DNA of 64,000 nt, taken from positions 19,902,001 to 19,966,000 of the forward strand of contig OZ059896.1 in assembly GCA_964057225.1 (NCBI GenBank), read 5' to 3'. The stretch's first letter is position 1; every line of letters begins with the position of its first letter. Below the pieces are notes generated by a model. That model saw nothing but the letters and a program-made list of their open reading frames with translations. It ran no database searches and was not told the origin of the DNA. Positions 55,108 to 64,000 of this stretch are shown here, one piece after another. Made by a program: the position numbers and the translations under genes. Origin of the DNA: Auanema rhodensis (lineage: Eukaryota > Animalia > Nematoda).

Positions 55108-58100
55108 GCATCGAATGCACTATACTACATTGAGAAACGCTTGATACAAAAATTAGTTATGATCGTTTGAAAAATGATGCATTAGTGTATGTTGAGTTTC
55201 ACTGTACACTCAACATTGCTTCCAAAAACATTTTGACAAAAATTTTTTCGAAAAATTTCAAAATAATTTAGCAAAAAGTAGATGTTTTTAGATTCCATTT
55301 TTCAAGGCAAAGACGATGGACAATGTTATTCAACGGAAAAATTATTTCTTCAGGGTGAAAATCGAGGATATAAGTGTAAACTTATATCAGTTGATATCTC
55401 GGTGCATTTTTAAGCTAGCGCAAATCTGATAACACAGATCGACGCAGCTTAAAAATGCGCATCGAACGCACTATACTGCATTGAGAAACGCTTGATACAA
55501 AAATTAGTTATGATCGTTTGAAAAATGATGCATTAGTGTATGTTGAGTTTCCATGTACACTCAACATTGCTTCCAAAAACATTTTGACAAAAATTTTTTC
55601 GAAAAATTTCAAAATAATTTAGCAAAAAGTAGATGTTTTTAGATTCCATTTTTCAAGGCAAAGACGATGGACAGTGTTATTCAACGAAAAAATTAATTCT
55701 TCAGGGTGAAAATCGAGGATATAAGTGTGAACTTATATCAGTTGATATCTCGGTGCATTTTTAAGCTAGCGCAAATCTGATAACACAGATCGACGCAGCT
55801 TAAAAATCCGCATCGAATGCACTATACTACATTGAGAAACGCTTGATACAAAAATTAGTTATGATCGTTTGAAAAATGATGCATTAGTGTATGTTGAGTT
55901 TCCATGTACACTCAACATTGCTTCCAAAAACATTTTGACAAAAATTTTTTCGAAAAATTTCAAAATAATTTAGCAAAAAGTAGATGTTTTTAGATTCCAT
56001 TTTTAGAGGCAAAGACGATGGACAGTGTTATTCAACGAAAAAATTAATTCTTCAGGGTGAAAATCGAGGATATAAGTGTGAACTTATATCAGTTGATATC
56101 TCGGTGCATTTTTAAGCTAGCGCAAATCTGATAACACAGATCGACGCAGCTTAAAAATCCGCATCGAATGCACTATACTACATTGAGAAACGCTTAATAC
56201 AAAAATTAGTTATGATCGTTTGAAAAATGATGCATTAGTGTATGTTGAGTTTCCATGTACACTCAACATTGCTTCCAAAAACATTTTGACAAAAATTTTT
56301 TCGAAAAATTTCGAAATAATTTAGCAAAAAGTAGATGTTTTTAGATTCCTTTATTCAAGGCAAAGACGATGGACAATGTTATTCAACGAAAAAATTAATT
56401 CTTCAGGGTGAAAATCGAGGATATAAGTGTGAACTTATATCAGTTGATATCTCGGTGCATTTTTAAGCTAGCGCAAATCTGATAACACAGATCGACGCAG
56501 CTTAAAAATCCGCATCGAATGCACTATACTACATTGAGAAACGCTTGATACAAAAATTAGTTATGATCGTTTGAAAAATGATGCATTAGTGTATGTTGAG
56601 TTTCACTGTACACTCAACATTGCTTCCAAAAACATTTTGACAAAAATTTTTTCGAAAAATTTCAAAATAATTTAGCAAAAAGTAGATGTTTTTAGATTCC
56701 ATTTTTCAAGGCAAAGACGATGGACAATGTTATTCAACGGAAAAATTATTTCTTCAGGGTGAAAATCGAGGATATAAGTGTAAACTTATATCAGTTGATA
56801 TCTCGGTGCATTTTTAAGCTAGCGCAAATCTGATAACACAGATCGACGCAGCTTAAAAATCCGCATCGAATGCACTATACTACATTGAGAAACGCTTGAT
56901 ACAAAAATTAGTTATGATCGTTTGAAAAATGATGCATTAGTGTATGTTGAGTTTCACTGTACACTCAACATTGCTTCCAAAAACATTTTGACAAAAATTT
57001 TTTCGAAAAATTTCAAAATAATTTAGCAAAAAGTAGATGTTTTTAGATTCCATTTTTCAAGGCAAAGACGATGGACAATGTTATTCAACGGAAAAATTAT
57101 TTCTTCAGGGTGAAAATCGAGGATATAAGTGTAAACTTATATCAGTTGATATCTCGGTGCATTTTTAAGCTAGCGCAAATCTGATAACACAGATCGACGC
57201 AGCTTAAAAATGCGCATCGAACGCACTATACTGCATTGAGAAACGCTTGATACAAAAATTAGTTATGATCGTTTGAAAAATGATGCATTAGTGTATGTTG
57301 AGTTTCCATGTACACTCAACATTGCTTTTCCAAAAACATTTTGACAAAAATTTTTTCGAAAAATTTCAAAATAATTTAGCAAAAAGTAGATGTTTTTAGA
57401 TTCCATTTTTCAAGGCAAAGACGATGGACAGTGTTATTCAACGAAAAAATTAATTCTTCAGGGTGAAAATCGAGGATATAAGTGTGAACTTATATCAGTT
57501 GATATCTCGGTGCATTTTTAAGCTAGCGCAAATCTGATAACACAGATCGACGCAGCTTAAAAATCCGCATCGAATGCACTATACTACATTGAGAAACGCT
57601 TGATACAAAAATTAGTTATGATCGTTTGAAAAATGATGCATTAGTGTATGTTGAGTTTCACTGTACACTCAACATTGCTTCCAAAAACATTTTGACAAAA
57701 ATTTTTTCGAAAAATTTCAAAATAATTTAGCAAAAAGTAGATGTTTTTAGATTCCATTTTTCAAGGCAAAGACGATGGACAATGTTATTCAACGGAAAAA
57801 TTATTTCTTCAGGGTGAAAATCGAGGATATAAGTGTAAACTTATATCAGTTGATATCTCGGTGCATTTTTAAGCTAGCGCAAATCTGATAACACAGATCG
57901 ACGCAGCTTAAAAATGCGCATCGAACGCACTATACTGCATTGAGAAACGCTTGATACAAAAATTAGTTATGATCGTTTGAAAAATGATGCATTAGTGTAT
58001 GTTGAGTTTCCAGGTACACTCAACATTGCTTCCAAAAACATTTTGACAAAAATTTTTTCGAAAAATTTCAAAATAATTTAGCAAAAAGTAGATGTTTTTA

Positions 58101-61100
58101 GATTCCATTTTTCAAGGCAAAGACGATGGACAGTGTTATTCAACGAAAAAATTAATTCTTCAGGGTGAAAATCGAGGATATAAGTGTGAACTTATATCAG
58201 TTGATATCTCGGTGCATTTTTAAGCTAGCGCAAATCTGATAACACAGATCGACGCAGCTTAAAAATCCGCATCGAATGCACTATACTACATTGAGAAACG
58301 CTTGATACAAAAATTAGTTATGATCGTTTGAAAAATGATGCATTAGTGTATGTTGAGTTTCACTGTACACTCAACATTGCTTCCAAAAACATTTTGACAA
58401 AAATGTTTTCGAAAAATTTCAAAATAATTTAGCAAAAAGTAGATGTTTTTAGATTCCATTTTTCAAGGCAAAGACGATGGACAATGTTATTCAACGGAAA
58501 AATTATTTCTTCAGGGTGAAAATCGAGGATATAAGTGTAAACTTATATCAGTTGATATCTCGGTGCATTTTTAAGCTAGCGCAAATCTGATAACACAGAT
58601 CGACGCAGCTTAAAAATGCGCATCGAACGCACTATACTGCATTGAGAAACGCTTGATACAAAAATTAGTTATGATCGTTTGAAAAATGATGCATTAGTGT
58701 ATGTTGAGTTTCCATGTACACTCAACATTGCTTCCAAAAACATTTTGACAAAAATTTTTTCGAAAAATTTCAAAATAATTTAGCAAAAAGTAGATGTTTT
58801 TAGATTCCATTTTTCAAGGCAAAGACGATGGACAGTGTTATTCAACGAAAAAATTAATTCTTCAGGGTGAAAATCGAGGATATAAGTGTGAACTTATATC
58901 AGTTGATATCTCGGTGCATTTTTAAGCTAGCGCAAATCTGATAACACAGATCGACGCAGCTTAAAAATCCGCATCGAATGCACTATACTACATTGAGAAA
59001 CGCTTGATACAAAAATTAGTTATGATCGTTTGAAAAATGATGCATTAGTGTATGTTGAGTTTCCATGTACACTCAACATTGCTTCCAAAAACATTTTGAC
59101 AAAAATTTTTTCGAAAAATTTCAAAATAATTTAGCAAAAAGTATATGTTTTTAGATTCCATTTTTCAAGGCAAAGACGATGGACAATGTTATTCAACGAA
59201 AAAATTAATTCTTCAGGGTGAAAATCGAGGATATAAGTGTGAACTTATATCAGTTGATATCTCGGTGCATTTTTAAGCTAGCCCAAATCTGATAACACAG
59301 ATCGACGCAGCTTAAAAATCCGCATCGAATGCACTATACTACATTGAGAAACGCTTAATACAAAAATTAGTTATGATCGTTTGAAAAATGATGCATTAGT
59401 GTATGTTGAGTTTCCATGTACACTCAACATTGCTTCCAAAAACATTTTGACAAAAATTTTTTCGAAAAATTTCAAAATAATTTAGCAAAAAGTAGATGTT
59501 TTTAGATTCCTTTTTTCAAGGCAAAGACGATGGACAATGTTATTCAACGAAAAAATTAATTCTTTAGGGTGAAAATCGAGGATATAAGTGTGAACTTATA
59601 TCAGTTGATATCTTGGTGCATTTTCAAGCTAGCGCAAATCTGATAACAGAGATCGACGCAGCTTAAAAATCCGCATCGAATGCACTATACTACATTGAGA
59701 AACGCTTGATACAAAAATTAGTTATGATCGTTTGAAAAATGATGCATTAGTGTATGTTGAGTTTCCATGTACACTCAACATTGCTTCCAAAAACATTTTG
59801 ACAAAAATTTTTTCGAAAAATTTCAAAATAATTTAGCAAAAAGTAGATGTTTTTAGATTCCATTTTTCAAGGCAAAGACGATGGACAATGTTATTCAACG
59901 GAAAAATTATTTCTTCAGGGTGAAAATCGAGGATATAAGTGTAAACTTATATCAGTTGATATCTCGGTGCATTTTTAAGCTAGCGCAAATCTGATAACAC
60001 AGATCGACGCAGCTTAAAAATCCGCATCGAATGCACTATACTACATTGAGAAACGCTTGATACAAAAATTAGTTATGATCGTTTGAAAAATGATGCATTA
60101 GTGTATGTTGAGTTTCACTGTACACTCAACATTGCTTCCAAAAACATTTTGACAAAAATTTTTTCGAAAAATTTCAAAATAATTTAGCAAAAAGTAGATG
60201 TTTTTAGATTCCATTTTTCAAGGCAAAGACGATGGACAATGTTATTCAACGGAAAAATTATTTCTTCAGGGTGAAAATCGAGGATATAAGTGTAAACTTA
60301 TATCAGTTGATATCTCGGTGCATTTTTAAGCTAGCGCAAATCTGATAACACAGATCGACGCAGCTTAAAAATGCGCATCGAACGCACTATACTGCATTGA
60401 GAAACGCTTGATACAAAAATTAGTTATGATCGTTTGAAAAATGATGCATTAGTGTATGTTGAGTTTCCATGTACACTCAACATTGCTTCCAAAAACATTT
60501 TGACAAAAATTTTTTCGAAAAATTTCAAAATAATTTAGCAAAAAGTAGATGTTTTTAGATTCCATTTTTCAAGGCAAAGACGATGGACAGTGTTATTCAA
60601 CGAAAAAATTAATTCTTCAGGGTGAAAATCGAGGATATAAGTGTGAACTTATATCAGTTGATATCTCGGTGCATTTTTAAGCTAGCGCAAATCTGATAAC
60701 ACAGATCGACGCAGCTTAAAAATCCGCATCGAATGCACTATACTACATTGAGAAACGCTTGATACAAAAATTAGTTATGATCGTTTGAAAAATGATGCAT
60801 TAGTGTATGTTGAGTTTCCATGTACACTCAACATTGCTTCCAAAAACATTTTGACAAAAATTTTTTCGAAAAATTTCAAAATAATTTAGCAAAAAGTAGA
60901 TGTTTTTAGATTCCATTTTTAGAGGCAAAGACGATGGACAGTGTTATTCAACGAAAAAATTAATTCTTCAGGGTGAAAATCGAGGATATAAGTGTGAACT
61001 TATATCAGTTGATATCTCGGTGCATTTTTAAGCTAGCGCAAATCTGATAACACAGATCGACGCAGCTTAAAAATCCGCATCGAATGCACTATACTACATT

Positions 61101-63884
61101 GAGAAACGCTTAATACAAAAATTAGTTATGATCGTTTGAAAAATGATGCATTAGTGTATGTTGAGTTTCCATGTACACTCAACATTGCTTCCAAAAACAT
61201 TTTGACAAAAATTTTTTCGAAAAATTTCGAAATAATTTAGCAAAAAGTAGATGTTTTTAGATTCCTTTATTCAAGGCAAAGACGATGGACAATGTTATTC
61301 AACGAAAAAATTAATTCTTCAGGGTGAAAATCGAGGATATAAGTGTGAACTTATATCAGTTGATATCTCGGTGCATTTTTAAGCTAGCGCAAATCTGATA
61401 ACACAGATCGACGCAGCTTAAAAATCCGCATCGAATGCACTATACTACATTGAGAAACGCTTGATACAAAAATTAGTTATGATCGTTTGAAAAATGATGC
61501 ATTAGTGTATGTTGAGTTTCACTGTACACTCAACATTGCTTCCAAAAACATTTTGACAAAAATTTTTTCGAAAAATTTCAAAATAATTTAGCAAAAAGTA
61601 GATGTTTTTAGATTCCATTTTTCAAGGCAAAGACGATGGACAATGTTATTCAACGGAAAAATTATTTCTTCAGGGTGAAAATCGAGGATATAAGTGTAAA
61701 CTTATATCAGTTGATATCTCGGTGCATTTTTAAGCTAGCGCAAATCTGATAACACAGATCGACGCAGCTTAAAAATCCGCATCGAATGCACTATACTACA
61801 TTGAGAAACGCTTGATACAAAAATTAGTTATGATCGTTTGAAAAATGATGCATTAGTGTATGTTGAGTTTCACTGTACACTCAACATTGCTTCCAAAAAC
61901 ATTTTGACAAAAATTTTTTCGAAAAATTTCAAAATAATTTAGCAAAAAGTAGATGTTTTTAGATTCCATTTTTCAAGGCAAAGACGATGGACAATGTTAT
62001 TCAACGGAAAAATTATTTCTTCAGGGTGAAAATCGAGGATATAAGTGTAAACTTATATCAGTTGATATCTCGGTGCATTTTTAAGCTAGCGCAAATCTGA
62101 TAACACAGATCGACGCAGCTTAAAAATGCGCATCGAACGCACTATACTGCATTGAGAAACGCTTGATACAAAAATTAGTTATGATCGTTTGAAAAATGAT
62201 GCATTAGTGTATGTTGAGTTTCCATGTACACTCAACATTGCTTCCAAAAACATTTTGACAAAAATTTTTTCGAAAAATTTCAAAATAATTTAGCAAAAAG
62301 TAGATGTTTTTAGATTCCATTTTTCAAGGCAAAGACGATGGACAGTGTTATTCAACGAAAAAATTAATTCTTCAGGGTGAAAATCGAGGATATAAGTGTG
62401 AACTTATATCAGTTGATATCTCGGTGCATTTTTAAGCTAGCGCAAATCTGATAACACAGATCGACGCAGCTTAAAAATCCGCATCGAATGCACTATACTA
62501 CATTGAGAAACGCTTGATACAAAAATTAGTTATGATCGTTTGAAAAATGATGCATTAGTGTATGTTGAGTTTCACTGTACACTCAACATTGCTTCCAAAA
62601 ACATTTTGACAAAAATTTTTTCGAAAAATTTCAAAATAATTTAGCAAAAAGTAGATGTTTTTAGATTCCATTTTTCAAGGCAAAGACGATGGACAATGTT
62701 ATTCAACGGAAAAATTATTTCTTCAGGGTGAAAATCGAGGATATAAGTGTAAACTTATATCAGTTGATATCTCGGTGCATTTTTAAGCTAGCGCAAATCT
62801 GATAACACAGATCGACGCAGCTTAAAAATGCGCATCGAACGCACTATACTGCATTGAGAAACGCTTGATACAAAAATTAGTTATGATCGTTTGAAAAATG
62901 ATGCATTAGTGTATGTTGAGTTTCCATGTACACTCAACATTGCTTCCAAAAACATTTTGACAAAAATTTTTTCGAAAAATTTCAAAATAATTTAGCAAAA
63001 AGTAGATGTTTTTAGATTCCATTTTTCAAGGCAAAGACGATGGACAGTGTTATTCAACGAAAAAATTAATTCTTCAGGGTGAAAATCGAGGATATAAGTG
63101 TGAACTTATATCAGTTGATATCTCGGTGCATTTTTAAGCTAGCGCAAATCTGATAACACAGATCGACGCAGCTTAAAAATCCGCATCGAATGCACTATAC
63201 TACATTGAGAAACGCTTGATACAAAAATTAGTTATGATCGTTTGAAAAATGATGCATTAGTGTATGTTGAGTTTCCATGTACACTCAACATTGCTTCCAA
63301 AAACATTTTGACAAAAATTTTTTCGAAAAATTTCAAAATAATTTAGCAAAAAGTATATGTTTTTAGATTCCATTTTTCAAGGCAAAGACGATGGACAATG
63401 TTATTCAACGAAAAAATTAATTCTTCAGGGTGAAAATCGAGGATATAAGTGTGAACTTATATCAGTTGATATCTCGGTGCATTTTTAAGCTAGCCCAAAT
63501 CTGATAACACAGATCGACGCAGCTTAAAAATCCGCATCGAATGCACTATAATACATTGAGAAACGCTTAATACAAAAATTAGTTATGATCGTTTGAAAAA
63601 TGATGCATTAGTGTATGTTGAGTTTCCATGTACACTCAACATTGCTTCCAAAAACATTTTGACAAAAATTTTTTCGAAAAATTTCAAAATAATTTAGCAA
63701 AAAGTAGATGTTTTTAGATTCCTTTTTTCAAGGCAAAGACGATGGACAATGTTATTCAACGAAAAAATTAATTCTTTAGGGTGAAAATCGAGGATATAAG
63801 TGTGAACTTATATCAGTTGATATCTTGGTGCATTTTCAAGCTAGCGCAAATCTGATAACAGAGATCGACGCAGCTTAAAAATCC
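55108..63884. repeat. Block duplication: monomers 158-170 vs 172-182 (offset 14, then 12 monomers)
   Basis: The order of marker monomers (CACTG, GAACG, TAGAGG, TTCGAAAT, CACTG, CACTG, GAACG, CACTG, GAACG, ..., GTATAT+GCCC, CCTTTTTT+TTTTCAAGC) is the same. The first copy has one extra CACTG+GAACG dimer. Confidence 0.85.
57326..57329. other. 2-bp (TT) insertion giving a single 353-bp monomer (monomer 164)
   Basis: ATTGCTTTTCC here versus ATTGCTTCC in other monomers; all downstream monomer starts shift by +2. Confidence 0.93.
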
Positions 63885-64000
63885 GCATCGAATGCACTAT
63901 ACTACATTGAGAAACGCTTGATACAAAAATTAGTTATGATCGTTTGAAAAATGATGCATTAGTGTATGTTGAGTTTCACTGTACACTCAACATTGCTTCC

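Larger units (their letters stand above)
1..64000. repeat. Tandem satellite DNA array, 351-bp monomer, ~182.3 copies, head-to-tail, probably centromeric/pericentromeric; fills the window edge to edge
   Basis: The monomer start G(C/A)ATCGAATGCACTATACTAC recurs at 1, 352, 703 and exactly every 7020 bp (20 x 351) at 7021, 14041, 21061, 28081, 35101, 42121, 49141 (A at m1) and 56161, then at 63183 after a +2 insertion. ORF-track spacings are all multiples of 351. No non-satellite sequence was seen. The centromeric assignment is inference only. Confidence 0.99.

Noticed and set aside
1-64000. CRISPR array or other repeat-spacer system
   Set aside because: There are no unique spacers; the whole 351-bp unit is repeated and no cas genes are present.
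1-64000. Giant repetitive protein gene (351 is divisible by 3), including under the ciliate code where TAA/TAG = Gln
   Set aside because: The standard-code ORF track shows nothing longer than 63 aa. One minus frame lacks TGA in the consensus, but this is unremarkable by chance, the m188 C>T allele introduces TGA there, and variants show no third-position bias.

Overview
The whole window is one uninterrupted, head-to-tail array of a 351-bp AT-rich satellite monomer (about 31% GC by hand count). It holds 182 full copies plus a 116-bp partial copy, all in the same orientation, and copies differ by only a few SNPs. Monomer n starts at 1+351(n-1), shifted +2 after the only indel I found (a TT insertion at about 57326-57329). 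I can support no genes, RNA genes, transposon insertions or CRISPR arrays. The ten 63-aa ORFs are one satellite allele in which a TAG became CAG. The array looks like eukaryotic centromeric or pericentromeric satellite DNA (inference); I cannot name the family or species. Two layers of structure stand out. (1) The monomer is dense in nested inverted repeats: a GNRA-capped hairpin, a ~67-nt hairpin that spans the monomer junction, and a ~155-bp nested foldback. (2) Diagnostic SNPs reveal local, short-lived higher-order repeats (2-, 3-, 5-, 7-, 10-, 12/14- and 18-monomer offsets) and spatially confined haplotype domains. Positions written 'mNN' are coordinates within the monomer. All counts were made by eye.
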